Below, piece after piece: positions 9,450-19,881 of a DNA stretch of 60,492 nt (its first letter is position 1; every line of letters starts with the position of its first letter). Location of the stretch: positions 1 to 60,492 of the forward strand of contig JAGOIH010000001.1 in NCBI GenBank assembly GCA_017995755.1, in the 5' to 3' direction. The notes beneath the pieces were generated by a model, which was not told where the DNA came from, did no database searches, and worked only from the letters and a program-made list of their open reading frames with translations. Both the position numbers and the translations under genes were made by a program. The stretch is from Sedimentibacter sp. (lineage in GTDB: Bacteria > Bacillota > Clostridia > Tissierellales > Sedimentibacteraceae).

Positions 9450-11621
9450 TTAAAAATTAAGTTTTTTCAAAGCATCTGCCAAAGCAGTATTAATGCTTTC
9501 ATCTTGTTTTTTATTTTGTTTGTACATGTATCCGGATGCTTCCTTGTTGGTAATTGATCCCTTCTCATTAGCCTTTCTTTTGTTAAATGTCGATAGTTTT
9601 TCTCTGTAACCGCATTTGCATACAAAGAGTCTGCCCTCCCCTTCTCCTTTAAGCTCCAGCTTTTTATGGCAGTCAGGGCATCTTGCATTGGTAATTTGTG
9701 AAATTCCTCTCCTGTAACCGCACTCTCTGTTTTTGCAAACCAGCATAGTTCCTTTTTTGCCTTTGACTTCCAAAAGGTATTCCTGGCAATCAGGACATTT
9801 TTCTCTTGTTTCGTTGTCATGAATGTAGCTTTTGTTGCTGCTTTTGATTTCCTTTATGATTGTTTTAGTGTAATTAATCATATCATTTAAAAATTTATTC
9901 TTGTCCAGGTTTCCCCTGGCAATTTCATTCAGCTTCTGCTCCCATTGGGCAGTCAAAACAGGAGACTTCAAGTCTGCGGGAGCAAGGTCTAAAAGCTGTC
10001 TCCCCTTGGAAGTGGTATAAATGTATTTATCCTTTTTTTCTATAACAAAGCTGTTAAAGAGTTTGTCAATTATATCTGCTCTTGTTGCAACTGTTCCAAG
10101 ACCCCCGGTTTCTCCGATTGTTCTTTTAAGGTCCTTGTCTGCGTTTTTCATGAATTTTACCGGATTTTCCATGGCAGACAGGAGGGCTGCTTCTGTAAAT
10201 CTGGAAGGAGGCTTGGTTTCCCCGCTTGTTTTATAAACTTTAGAAACAGATAACTCACTGCCTGTTTTTAATTTATTCAGCTCTTCTACAGGATACTCAT
10301 CAAGGATTTCCTCATCCTCATAGTTTCCGTATACTTCCTTCCATCCCATGGACAGTGTGATTCTGCCTTTGGATATAAATTCTTCATTATTAATTATTCC
10401 TGTTACACATATTTTTTCATATTCAAAAGGCTTAGATAAAACGGCGAAAAATCTTTTAACAACCAAATCATATATTTTCCTTTCCCTGTCTGTCAGCTCG
10501 CTTAAGATTACAGTCTGCTCAGTTGGAATAATGGCATGATGGTCCGAAACTTTGCTGTTATTTACAAAGTTTTTGCTGGCTTTAATTGGATTTTGGCTTA
10601 TTTGAAATCCTATTCTTGAGTAAGGTCCCACGCTTGCAGCTTTTACCCTGTCTTTTAATGTTTCAACAATATCATCAGTTAAATACCTGGAATCCGTTCT
10701 GGGATAGGTCAATACCTTGTGGCGCTCATAGAGAGTCTGCATTGCGGACAATGTCTCCTTTGCGGTAAATCCGAAAATATTGTTTGCATCTCTTTGAAGC
10801 TCAGTTAAGTCATACAAAAGAGGTGAATAAGAAAGTGCTTTCTTCCTTGTAATGTCGGTGAGCTTTAATTTACTGCCCTTTATGCTGTCTATTATAGCGT
10901 CGCATTTACTTTCGTCAAATATTTTAGTATCGTTATTTTCATTCCATGTGAATTTAATGCTTCCGGCTGCAGCTTCTATTCCATAATAGGATACCGGCCT
11001 GAAGTCCCTTATTTCATCCTCTAAGGCTGCAATCATTGCCACTGTTGGAGTCTGAACCCTTCCGCAGGATAACTGGGCATTGTATTTGGTTGTCAATGCT
11101 CTTGTCGCATTTATGCCGACAATCCAGTCAGCTTCAGACCGTGCCAGCGCAGAGGCGTAAAGAGTTTCATAGGCTTTGCCGTCTTTAAGATTGTTAAATC
11201 CCTCTTTTATGGCTTTGTCTGTAACGGATGAAATCCACAGTCTTTTCAAAGGTTTATTAACGGCGGCTTTTTCTATAATCCATCTTGCTACCAATTCCCC
11301 TTCTCTTCCTGCATCAGTTGCTATTACAATTTCTTTTACATCATTTCGATGCATAAGCTCCTTAACCAGGTTATACTGCTTCCTTGTTTGTTTAATTACC
11401 TCTGTTTCCATCCTTTTCGGGATAATGGGCAAATCCTCTAATTCCCAGCGTTCATATTTCGGGTTGTATTTTTCGGGGTCGGCTAATGTAACCAGGTGTC
11501 CCAAAGCCCAGGTGACAATATATATGCTGCCTTCCACAAATCCATTTCCTGACTTGCTGCAATTTAAAACCCTTCCCAAATCCTTGCCCACGGATGGTTT
11601 TTCCGCCAATACTAATATCAT
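9450..11621 (-). CDS. topB: DNA topoisomerase III
   Basis: LVLAEKPSV, ATDAGREGE, SCGRVQTP, TYPRTDS, C-terminal Zn ribbons; start ATG 11621. Confidence 0.95.
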   Translation of the reverse strand: MILVLAEKPSVGKDLGRVLNCSKSGNGFVEGSIYIVTWALGHLVTLADPEKYNPKYERWELEDLPIIPKRMETEVIKQTRKQYNLVKELMHRNDVKEIVIATDAGREGELVARWIIEKAAVNKPLKRLWISSVTDKAIKEGFNNLKDGKAYETLYASALARSEADWIVGINATRALTTKYNAQLSCGRVQTPTVAMIAALEDEIRDFRPVSYYGIEAAAGSIKFTWNENNDTKIFDESKCDAIIDSIKGSKLKLTDITRKKALSYSPLLYDLTELQRDANNIFGFTAKETLSAMQTLYERHKVLTYPRTDSRYLTDDIVETLKDRVKAASVGPYSRIGFQISQNPIKASKNFVNNSKVSDHHAIIPTEQTVILSELTDRERKIYDLVVKRFFAVLSKPFEYEKICVTGIINNEEFISKGRITLSMGWKEVYGNYEDEEILDEYPVEELNKLKTGSELSVSKVYKTSGETKPPSRFTEAALLSAMENPVKFMKNADKDLKRTIGETGGLGTVATRADIIDKLFNSFVIEKKDKYIYTTSKGRQLLDLAPADLKSPVLTAQWEQKLNEIARGNLDKNKFLNDMINYTKTIIKEIKSSNKSYIHDNETREKCPDCQEYLLEVKGKKGTMLVCKNRECGYRRGISQITNARCPDCHKKLELKGEGEGRLFVCKCGYREKLSTFNKRKANEKGSITNKEASGYMYKQNKKQDESINTALADALKKLNF

Positions 11622-11698
11622 TATAATTTCCTTTAATTTTCTTTTTTTTCTTGTTATTGTATCATAATCTGTCAAATTAATAAATTGTTTTTATATTT

Positions 11699-11721
11699 AA
11701 AAAGAAACCTTTCGGTTTCTT
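11699..11721 (-). terminator. Intrinsic terminator after ssb
   Basis: AAGAAACC/GGTTTCTT stem with a T-tract on the minus strand. Confidence 0.6.
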
Positions 11722-11732
11722 AGGTTTATATA

Positions 11733-12413
11733 TTATAATTCCTGTTCTTCCTCATCTTCTTTTTTCCTGTTGTTTTCTGTCTTTATATGCTCCAGCTTTG
11801 TAACTGACACCTCATAAGCTGTCTTTGTATCATAGGATTCGTTTTCGTTTTTCTTTTGATACCTCCTGCTTTGTATTCTTCCCCAGATTTTTATATGGTC
11901 CCCGACCTCCAGTTTTTCACAGTACCTTGCATTCCTCCCCCATGCAATGCAAGGTATGTAATCGGACTTGTTGTAAGAACGGTTTACTGCAATAAGCATA
12001 TCAGTTATTTCTCTGCCGAATGGAGTTGTTCGAAATTTTGTTTCTTTGCAGAGATATCCGTTTAAAAAAACTTCATTTGGATGTCTTTTCATTTCTTCAA
12101 GTTCGGTATAATCCGGTACATAAATATCTCTTACAAATACTCTTAACAAGAGCTTGTTTTGGGCATCCTCATATCTGTTATAGGATCTGAACTGTCCTTC
12201 AATAACTATGTAATTTCCAATATCCATATTTATATCATTAATCAACCTTTCGGAAATTATAACAGGCAGTGTGTCCTTGGTTTCGCTCAATCTTGGTACT
12301 TCTATAAAGAATTCAAAAAATTTTTCTCCAAAAACCTCGTGACTGAATTCCAATTCGCTGAATATTATTCCGACTATTTTAATATAATTGGACTGCATCT
12401 GTTTATCATTCAT
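11733..12413 (-). CDS. ssb: Single-stranded DNA-binding protein (clostridial tandem-OB type)
   Basis: FSHEVFGEKF, RTTPFGREITD, AVNRSYNKSDYIPCIAWGRNA, GRIQSR. Confidence 0.85.
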   Translation of the reverse strand: MNDKQMQSNYIKIVGIIFSELEFSHEVFGEKFFEFFIEVPRLSETKDTLPVIISERLINDINMDIGNYIVIEGQFRSYNRYEDAQNKLLLRVFVRDIYVPDYTELEEMKRHPNEVFLNGYLCKETKFRTTPFGREITDMLIAVNRSYNKSDYIPCIAWGRNARYCEKLEVGDHIKIWGRIQSRRYQKKNENESYDTKTAYEVSVTKLEHIKTENNRKKEDEEEQEL

Positions 12414-12622
12414 ATATTTTCTTCCCCCTATAATTTGTCTTATATATTTTATTAATATTCAAGGCAATGGAATATATGTCTTTCAAATCCTAAAAAGATG
12501 TATTTTTTCAGTTTTCTCCTGCTATAATTATTGAAGTTTAAAATCATATATTATATAATAAACATAATTCAACAAGTCAGTGCGTGATTCTTTACTAAGT
12601 AAAAGATAAGGATGGTTAAAAT

Positions 12623-13714
12623 ATGAAATTAGGTATAGTAGGACTTCCTAACGTGGGCAAGAGCACATTATTCAATGCAATTACTTCAGCCGGTGCGGAT
12701 TCTGCCAATTACCCCTTTTGCACCATAGAGCCTAATATAGGGGTTGTGGAGGTTCCGGATAATAGATTGGATTTCTTAACAAAAATGAGCAATTCTGCAA
12801 GGACAGTCCCGGCAGTTATAGAATTTTTTGATATTGCAGGTCTTGTCAGAGGTGCAAGCAAGGGAGAAGGATTAGGAAACAAGTTTCTTTCACATATAAG
12901 AGAGGTTGAAGCTGTTGTCCATGTGGTCAGATGTTTTGAAGACGAAAATGTAATCCATGTTGAAACTACTGTAGACCCTGAAAGAGATATTGAAATAATA
13001 GAACTGGAATTGATTTTAGCTGACCTGGAAGTTATGTCAAAACGGCTTGACAAGCTTTCCAAGACGGTAAAAAATGATAAATCCCTACAGCCTGAATTTG
13101 AACTGGTTAAAAAGATTACTGAAGGACTGGAAAAGGAAAAACAGGCACGTTACTTGACATATACGGACGAAGAGCTTAAAATCTTAAAAACATTTAACCT
13201 GATAACTTCAAAACCGGTTTTGTATGTGGCAAATGTTGATGAAAGCTATCTTTCCAACCCCTCGGACAATAGATTTGTAGATATTGTAAAAAAATACGCT
13301 TCGAAAGACAACTCTGAAGTAATCGTTATCTGCGGCAAAATCGAAGAAGAAATATCCGTGTTGGAAGATGATGAAAAAAAGGAATTTCTAATGGAAATGG
13401 GACTTGCAGAATCAGGCCTTGACCAGCTTATTAGAATAAGCTATCGGCTTTTGGGACTCATTAGTTTCTTCACAACAGGCCCCATGGAATCAAAGGCATG
13501 GACAATCGTCAAAGGCACAAAAGCCCCCCAGGCTGCCGGCAAAATTCACTCGGATATTGAAAGAGGCTTCATAAGGGCAGAAGTTACAAAGTACGATGAT
13601 GTTTTTAACCTGGGCACAATGCAGGCTGCAAAGGAAAAAGGATTAATGCGCCTTGAAGGCAAGGAATATGTAATGGAAGACGGAGATATAGTATTGTTCA
13701 GATTTAACGTGTAG
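12623..13714 (+). CDS. ychF: Ribosome-binding ATPase YchF
   Basis: GIVGLPNVGKSTLFN, NYPFCTIEPN, DIAGLV, C-terminal FRFNV. Confidence 0.97.
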   Translation: MKLGIVGLPNVGKSTLFNAITSAGADSANYPFCTIEPNIGVVEVPDNRLDFLTKMSNSARTVPAVIEFFDIAGLVRGASKGEGLGNKFLSHIREVEAVVHVVRCFEDENVIHVETTVDPERDIEIIELELILADLEVMSKRLDKLSKTVKNDKSLQPEFELVKKITEGLEKEKQARYLTYTDEELKILKTFNLITSKPVLYVANVDESYLSNPSDNRFVDIVKKYASKDNSEVIVICGKIEEEISVLEDDEKKEFLMEMGLAESGLDQLIRISYRLLGLISFFTTGPMESKAWTIVKGTKAPQAAGKIHSDIERGFIRAEVTKYDDVFNLGTMQAAKEKGLMRLEGKEYVMEDGDIVLFRFNV

Positions 13715-13718
13715 CAGG

Positions 13719-13751
13719 AAAAAACCTGCCTTTATCTGTTGGCAGGTTTTT
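13719..13751. terminator. Bidirectional intrinsic terminator
   Basis: AAAAACCTGCC...GGCAGGTTTTT between convergent genes. Confidence 0.8.
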
Positions 13752-13770
13752 ATGCATGCTTTATTACTGA

Positions 13771-14727
13771 TTATTTTTTATACTTGCCGGTTATGTATGA
13801 TTTGTACATTCTAAAAAAGTTTTCATCCCTTCTTGTCATAGTTTCTACATCCTTACCGTCAGAGTAATCATACCAGCCCTTTCCTGTTTTCACGCCAAGA
13901 TGGCCATTGTCCATTTTTTCCTGCTGAAGCTTAGTCGGCTTTTTCACATCACTTAAATCATTAAATAAGTAAGATGAAATATAGTAGAATGTATCCAGTC
14001 CACCCAAATCAGATGTCTCAAAAGGTCCGAGCACAGGATACCTAAATCCCGGTCCGAATTTCATAGCTTTGTCAACATCCTCAATAGTCGCAACCCCATC
14101 TTCGATAATTTTTAGAACTTCTCTATAAACAGCGAATTGAATTCTGTTTCCTATGAATCCATTTACGTCTTTTAATACTACAACGGATTCTTTACCTATT
14201 TTATCAACTAATTCTTTTAAAATCCTGACGGTCTCATCAGATGTTTCATCGTTTTTAATAAGTTCAATCAAAGGAATAATATGGGGAGGATTCCACCAGT
14301 GCATTCCTATAAATCTTTTTTTATTATTCAATTTTGAACATATTCCATTAATACTTAATCCTGAAGTGTTAGTAGCAAAAATACAACTATTAGGTGCTAT
14401 CCCTTCAACTTCTTTCCAGTAGTCTTGTTTAATATCCATTTTTTCAATTATTGCTTCAACTATTAAATCCGCATCAACAAAGACACCATTGTCTGTTGAA
14501 TATGTAATTAATTTCAATGATTCTTCAGCTTGTTCCTGAGTTAATAACCCCTCTTTAATTAAAGTTTTCTGATTCAGCAGGATAATTCTTTTGGTATTTT
14601 CCAGGAACTTTTCTGCAATATCAGTTACTGCAACTTCATAACCGTTCTGAGCAAATATTTGTGCAATACCTGAACCCATGGTGCCGCCGCCGGCAACTCC
14701 GATTTTCTTAATGTCTTGTAATTTCAT
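13771..14727 (-). CDS. 3-hydroxyacyl-CoA dehydrogenase family protein
   Basis: GGGTMGSGIA Rossmann motif, EAIIE, TNTS, HWWNPP, GFIGNR, LGVKTGKGWYDY. Confidence 0.88.
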   Translation of the reverse strand: MKLQDIKKIGVAGGGTMGSGIAQIFAQNGYEVAVTDIAEKFLENTKRIILLNQKTLIKEGLLTQEQAEESLKLITYSTDNGVFVDADLIVEAIIEKMDIKQDYWKEVEGIAPNSCIFATNTSGLSINGICSKLNNKKRFIGMHWWNPPHIIPLIELIKNDETSDETVRILKELVDKIGKESVVVLKDVNGFIGNRIQFAVYREVLKIIEDGVATIEDVDKAMKFGPGFRYPVLGPFETSDLGGLDTFYYISSYLFNDLSDVKKPTKLQQEKMDNGHLGVKTGKGWYDYSDGKDVETMTRRDENFFRMYKSYITGKYKK

Positions 14728-14895
14728 TTATACCTCCTTTTGATACGCTTTTCTTACACAAAAATATTTTATTTGGGTACACTTCTTTGGACTTCAAAGA
14801 CTATACTAAGTACGTGTACATTCCTCTGTCCACATAGGTTATCCCTATATAAGAGGTTGTCTCCTTCCCTTTAAAGAAGTGTGTCCCAATACCAG

Positions 14896-14928
14896 TAATA
14901 AAGATGTAGCAGTGCTACATCTTTATTA
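14896..14928 (-). terminator. Hairpin terminator after the permease
   Basis: Perfect inverted repeat TAATAAAGATGTAGCA-G-TGCTACATCTTTATTA. Confidence 0.7.
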
Positions 14929-14950
14929 GATGATAATTCTCTAAAGAATT

Positions 14951-16237
14951 TTAGTAAATACCTAGACTGCCTAATATAATAGCCGGTATAGATGCTATAA
15001 TAGGAAGAACAAGTGAAGTCATCATAACGTCAATATACGAATCCTTGTGTGTCAATCCTGTTACCGCTAATAACGTTAAAACTGCTCCGTTGTGAGGAAG
15101 AGTGTCTAATCCGCCTGAAGCTAAAGATGCAACTCTGTGGAATGCTTCCGGGCTGATTCCTGTTTCTAGGGCTATCTGCATATATTTTTCACCTAATGCT
15201 TCTAAAGCTATACTCATACCTCCTGAAGCAGAACCTGTAGCTCCTGCAAGTAAGTTAACTGCAATTGCTTCTGATATAAGCGGAGTTCCAGGTACATTCA
15301 GCAGCACTGCTGTCAATGAAGCAAATCCAGGCACTGCTTTTACAACTGTACCAAATCCAACAGCTGCAGCTGTATTCAAAATGGCTGTCATAGAACCTAA
15401 TGCACCGTTGCTTATTGTCTTGGTAAATCCTTTGTATTTACCAAAGTTAATTGCCATTGAAAGAATGATGCCGCTTAATAAAGCATAAATTATATCCCAA
15501 TCAACGACGTTCATTGTTACTATAACAGTAATCAGTGGTAAAAATGATATGAATGGGTTTGGAAGAGCGCTGTAATCCACTTCAATACCTTCTCTATTCT
15601 TTGGTTCAGTATACACATCACCTGCCGCTGTGAATTTCTTCTCTCTGTACTGCAGCCAAAATACACCTAACCCAAACATAAGAACAGCCGCAACAATACC
15701 CATTATAGGTGCTGCAGTAGGTGTAGTCCCGTAGTAATTCATTGGAATAAGATTTTGAATTTGCGGTGTTCCCGGTATAGCAGTCATAGTAAATGTAAAT
15801 GAACCAAGTGCAATTGCACCAGGAATAAGTTTTCTTGTAATATTAGCTTCCTTAAACAACTCCAAAGCCAGAGGATACATAGCAAATACAACAACGAATA
15901 AACTAATTCCTCCATACGTCAACACTCCACAACCAACAACTACGCCCAGTATTGCTCTTTTTGGTCCTAATTTTTTAGTAAGCCAACGAGCAATTGATTT
16001 TGCTGAACCTGTATAGTCCATCAAATGACCGAATATTGCACCTAACATAAATACTGGGAACCAAGATTTTACATAACCTGAAAGACCAGTCATATAAGTA
16101 TCTTTATACATTGTAAGTAAATCAAGACCACCTGTTAAACCAACAACCAATGCACATACCGGAGCAACCCAAAGGATTGAATATCCCCTATATGCTAAAA
16201 ACATTAATAATACTAAACCTAAAATAATTCCAAACAT
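14951..16237 (-). CDS. GntP-family permease, probable 3-hydroxybutyrate transporter
   Basis: Multi-TM protein with PGTPQIQN, GSASGGM, DTLPHNGA; context of bdh and CoA-transferase genes. Confidence 0.8.
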   Translation of the reverse strand: MFGIILGLVLLMFLAYRGYSILWVAPVCALVVGLTGGLDLLTMYKDTYMTGLSGYVKSWFPVFMLGAIFGHLMDYTGSAKSIARWLTKKLGPKRAILGVVVGCGVLTYGGISLFVVVFAMYPLALELFKEANITRKLIPGAIALGSFTFTMTAIPGTPQIQNLIPMNYYGTTPTAAPIMGIVAAVLMFGLGVFWLQYREKKFTAAGDVYTEPKNREGIEVDYSALPNPFISFLPLITVIVTMNVVDWDIIYALLSGIILSMAINFGKYKGFTKTISNGALGSMTAILNTAAAVGFGTVVKAVPGFASLTAVLLNVPGTPLISEAIAVNLLAGATGSASGGMSIALEALGEKYMQIALETGISPEAFHRVASLASGGLDTLPHNGAVLTLLAVTGLTHKDSYIDVMMTSLVLPIIASIPAIILGSLGIY

Positions 16238-16295
16238 AAAATATCCTCCATTTTATTTTTTTATTTGAGGAGTGCAAATGCACTCCTTAATAACT

Positions 16296-17057
16296 TTAAG
16301 ATGCAGTCCACCCGCAGTCAATAGTAAGCATTGCACCTGTTATATAATCTCCTGTAGGTGAGCATAAGAATTTAGCGAACTCGCCAACATCCTTAGGTTC
16401 CAACAATTTCTTAACAAATGCTTTTGTAAGCATAATATCAGATATAACTTTGTCTTCTGGTATTCCATGTGTTTTAGCTTGGTCAGCAATTTGTTTGTCA
16501 ACCAATGGTGTTCTAACATATGAAGGACAAATCATATTACAAGTAATACCATACTTTCCGCCTTCAACAGCTGCAGTTTTAGTTAATCCGCCAAGACCAT
16601 GTTTAGCTGATATATAAGCAGATTTATATTCTGAAGCAATAAGTCCATGAATTGAACCCATATTGATAATTCTTCCCCAGCCTTGTTCTTTCATATAAGG
16701 CCAGCAATATTTTGTTAACAAGAACGGAGCAGTTAACATTAAATCCATCATAAAGTACCATTTGTCTTCAGGGAAATCTTCAATTGGACTAACAGTTTGA
16801 ATACCGGCAACATTAGCCAATATGTCAACCTTTGAATATTTCTCTACGGCAAATTCAACTAAACCTTTGCAATCATCACGTTTGCTTAAATCTCCTTTAA
16901 AATATACAGCACCGATTCTTGCAGATTCTTCTTGCAATTTTGCTTCGTTAACATCCGCCATAACAACTTTTGCACCTTCATTTGCAAAAGTTTCAGCTAT
17001 TGCCAAGCCTATACCGCTTGCTGCTCCTGTTACAATACATACTCTGTCTTTTAACAT
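16296..17057 (-). CDS. bdhA: D-3-hydroxybutyrate dehydrogenase (SDR)
   Basis: TGAASGIG, AGIQ, SIHGL, KSAYISAKHG, ICPSYVRTPLV..QI. Confidence 0.85.
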   Translation of the reverse strand: MLKDRVCIVTGAASGIGLAIAETFANEGAKVVMADVNEAKLQEESARIGAVYFKGDLSKRDDCKGLVEFAVEKYSKVDILANVAGIQTVSPIEDFPEDKWYFMMDLMLTAPFLLTKYCWPYMKEQGWGRIINMGSIHGLIASEYKSAYISAKHGLGGLTKTAAVEGGKYGITCNMICPSYVRTPLVDKQIADQAKTHGIPEDKVISDIMLTKAFVKKLLEPKDVGEFAKFLCSPTGDYITGAMLTIDCGWTAS

Positions 17058-17077
17058 TTTAAATCCTCCATTTTTTT

Positions 17078-17734
17078 TTACTGTGGTTCCATTTGTTTTA
17101 ATTTATCAGAAATTATTAAAGTAGCTCCTGTAGCATTTTGAACATCTTCAACTGTATAAGCCGGATTTATTTCAGTTAATAATAAACCTTTGTTTGTTAC
17201 TTCCATAACTCCCATTTCAGTAATTATTAAGTCAACAGCATTTACAGCTGTTAAAGGAAGTGTACATTCCTTTAATATTTTATGATTTCCTTTAGCTGTA
17301 TGGTTCATGGCTACAATAACCTTTTTTGCACCTGTTACAAGGTCCATTGCTCCACCCATTCCGGGAACCATTTTGCCCGGTACCATCCAGTTTGCAAGAT
17401 TTCCTTTTTCATCAACTTCCAAGGCACCTAAAACTGTAGCATCTACGTGCCCTCCTCTTATGATTAAGAAGGATGTAGCGCTATCAAAGAAAGCACCTCC
17501 AGGATTAATTGTTACATGAATTCCTCCTGCATTTACTAAATAAGGATCTTCTTTTCCTTTTTCTGCAGCAGGTCCCATTCCCAAAAATCCATTTTCAGAC
17601 TGCAATGTAATTTCGATACCTTCAGGTATGTAGTTAGCAACCAATGTAGGTAATCCTATTCCTAAATTTACAACATCGCCGTCTTTTAATTCTTTGGCAA
17701 CTCTTTTAGCTATATAACATTTATCATCCATCAT
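17078..17734 (-). CDS. atoA: Acetoacetate CoA-transferase beta subunit
   Basis: [28 protein letters not shown]. Confidence 0.9.
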   Translation of the reverse strand: MMDDKCYIAKRVAKELKDGDVVNLGIGLPTLVANYIPEGIEITLQSENGFLGMGPAAEKGKEDPYLVNAGGIHVTINPGGAFFDSATSFLIIRGGHVDATVLGALEVDEKGNLANWMVPGKMVPGMGGAMDLVTGAKKVIVAMNHTAKGNHKILKECTLPLTAVNAVDLIITEMGVMEVTNKGLLLTEINPAYTVEDVQNATGATLIISDKLKQMEPQ

Positions 17735-18387
17735 TATTCATTACCTCCTACTATATAATCTACAAATATACCCGGAGTCATGACATTATCTGGATCAATT
17801 TCACCCACTTCAACAATTTCATCTGCCTCAACAATAACTATATCAGCAGCGGTTGCCATTATGGGATTAAAATTTCTTGTAGCCTTAGAATATACTACAT
17901 TGCCTTTTTTATCAACCTTAGCTCCTACTATAAGAGCGATGTCAGCTTTTAAAGGTTTTTCCAACAGATATTCTTTTCCGTCTACTTCTACAACTGTTTT
18001 TCCTTCGGCAACTATTGTACCTAAACCTGTAGGAGTTAAAATTCCGCCAAGTCCTGCACCTGCTGCTCTTATTCTTTCAGCCAAAGTACCTTGTGGAACT
18101 AATTCAACTTGCATTTCACCGGAATTCATTTGATTTCCTGTTTCTTTGTTTGTTCCAACATGAGAAGCAATTAATTTTTTTACTTGTTTGTTAACAATAA
18201 GCTTTCCAATACCAACTTCCGGGAAAGAACTATCATTAGCAATTAAAGTAATATCCTTAACTCCCTTTTCAACGATAGCATCAACTATTTTAAAAGGGTT
18301 TTTGCATCCTAAAAATCCGCCAACCATGATAGTCATACCATCGTTAATCATATCAACAGCTTGATTCAGAGAAATTACCTTATTCAA
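17734..18387 (-). CDS. atoD: Acetoacetate CoA-transferase alpha subunit
   Basis: [25 protein letters not shown]; TTG start 18387 after AGGAGG. Confidence 0.9.
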   Translation of the reverse strand: MNKVISLNQAVDMINDGMTIMVGGFLGCKNPFKIVDAIVEKGVKDITLIANDSSFPEVGIGKLIVNKQVKKLIASHVGTNKETGNQMNSGEMQVELVPQGTLAERIRAAGAGLGGILTPTGLGTIVAEGKTVVEVDGKEYLLEKPLKADIALIVGAKVDKKGNVVYSKATRNFNPIMATAADIVIVEADEIVEVGEIDPDNVMTPGIFVDYIVGGNE

Positions 18388-18401
18388 TTTGTATCCTCCT
18401 T

Positions 18402-19580
18402 TTATCTTTTGATGATCAGTGTTGTACCTTGTCCTCCGCCTATACATAACGTTGCCAAGCCTGTATGGGCATCTCTTTTTACCAACTCATGGATTAATGT
18501 AACAAGTATCCTCGTTCCAGAACATCCAATTGGGTGTCCTAAAGCTATAGCTCCTCCGTTAACATTAGTTTTTTCCGGGTCTAATCCCAAATCTTTAACT
18601 ACAGATAAGGACTGAGCTGCAAAAGCTTCATTAGCTTCTACTAAGTCAATGTCTTCTATAGTCATGTTAGCTTTAGCTAATGCTTTCTTAGATGAAGGAA
18701 CAGGTCCGTATCCCATTATTGTTGGATCAACTCCTGCAGATGCAAATGATACAATTGTAGCCAAAGGTTTAATTCCAAGCTCATCTGCCTTTTCCTTTGA
18801 CATAACAAGTACTGCTGCTGCGCCGTCATTTATACCTGATGAAGTGCCAGCTGTTACAGTTCCATCCTTTTTAAAAGCAGGTTTTAATTTTGCCATACCT
18901 TCTATGGTAGCGCCAAATTTAGGAAATTCATCAGTATCTACTACTATTGGGTCGCCTTTTCTTTGAGGTATTAAAACAGGAACAATTTCATCCTTAAATC
19001 TTCCGCTCTTAATTGCTGCTTCTGCTCTGTTTTGGCTTCTTACTGCAAATTCATCTTGTTCTTGTCTGGTTATGTTCCACTGCTCGGCAATGTTTTCTGC
19101 TGTAATTCCCATATGATAATTATTGAAAATATCAGTCAATCCGTCTGCAACCATAGTATCAACTATAGCGCCATCACCCATTCTTAATCCCCATCTTGCT
19201 TTAGGAACAATATATGGCGCCTGGCTCATATTTTCTGCACCACCCGCAAGAACAACGTCTGCCTCACCGCACATTATTGCCTGAGCAGCAAGTTGAACGG
19301 TTTTTAATCCTGAACCGCAAACTTTATTGATTGTCATAGAAGGAACTTCGATCGGTACGCCTATAGCTATAGACACTTGTCTTGCTAAATTTTGTCCAAT
19401 TCCTGCTTGAAGAACATTCCCGAAAATAACTTCGTCAACCATTTCAGGCTTAACATTTGCTCTATTAAGTGCTTCTTTAGCTGCAACAGCACCAAGCTTA
19501 ACAGCTGATACATCTTTGAGACTTCCTCCAAAGCTTCCTATAGGCGTTCTTACAGCACTAACAATAACAACTTCTCTCAT
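18402..19580 (-). CDS. thlA: Acetyl-CoA acetyltransferase (thiolase)
   Basis: NKVCGSG, NEAFA, GHPIG, CIGGGQG. Confidence 0.95.
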   Translation of the reverse strand: MREVVIVSAVRTPIGSFGGSLKDVSAVKLGAVAAKEALNRANVKPEMVDEVIFGNVLQAGIGQNLARQVSIAIGVPIEVPSMTINKVCGSGLKTVQLAAQAIMCGEADVVLAGGAENMSQAPYIVPKARWGLRMGDGAIVDTMVADGLTDIFNNYHMGITAENIAEQWNITRQEQDEFAVRSQNRAEAAIKSGRFKDEIVPVLIPQRKGDPIVVDTDEFPKFGATIEGMAKLKPAFKKDGTVTAGTSSGINDGAAAVLVMSKEKADELGIKPLATIVSFASAGVDPTIMGYGPVPSSKKALAKANMTIEDIDLVEANEAFAAQSLSVVKDLGLDPEKTNVNGGAIALGHPIGCSGTRILVTLIHELVKRDAHTGLATLCIGGGQGTTLIIKR

Positions 19581-19637
19581 CACTGACCTCCTTTATGTAT
19601 TATGGAATAATTTACCATAATTATTCATATATTTATA

Positions 19638-19654
19638 AGCAATAAGCATGCCAA
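19638..19654 (-). promoter_or_regulatory. Sigma-54 (-24/-12) promoter of the thiolase operon
   Basis: Minus strand TTGGCATGCTTATTGCT fits TGGCA-N6-TTGC; adjacent gene is a GAFTGA activator. Confidence 0.88.
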
Positions 19655-19754
19655 CTGCTTGTCTTCGTTTAAATTATTTTATTTGTTGAAATATCAATGT
19701 TTTTTCAATATAAAATCTTTCTTTTTAAAAATTTTTTTAGTAAAAAATATAATA

Positions 19755-19880
19755 TGTAGAAAAATTTCTACATATTTTGAATTGAACAAAATATTAATCT
19801 AAAATTATGCTTAATTTCCATAAAAATTATACTTGTAGATTATTTTCTACATTATTTTACAATGTAGAAAATAATCTACA
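19755..19880. promoter_or_regulatory. Three palindromic upstream activator sites TGTAGA-N6-TCTACA
   Basis: Copies at 19755-19772, 19834-19851 and 19863-19880, upstream of the sigma-54 promoter. Confidence 0.75.
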
Positions 19881-19881
19881 T

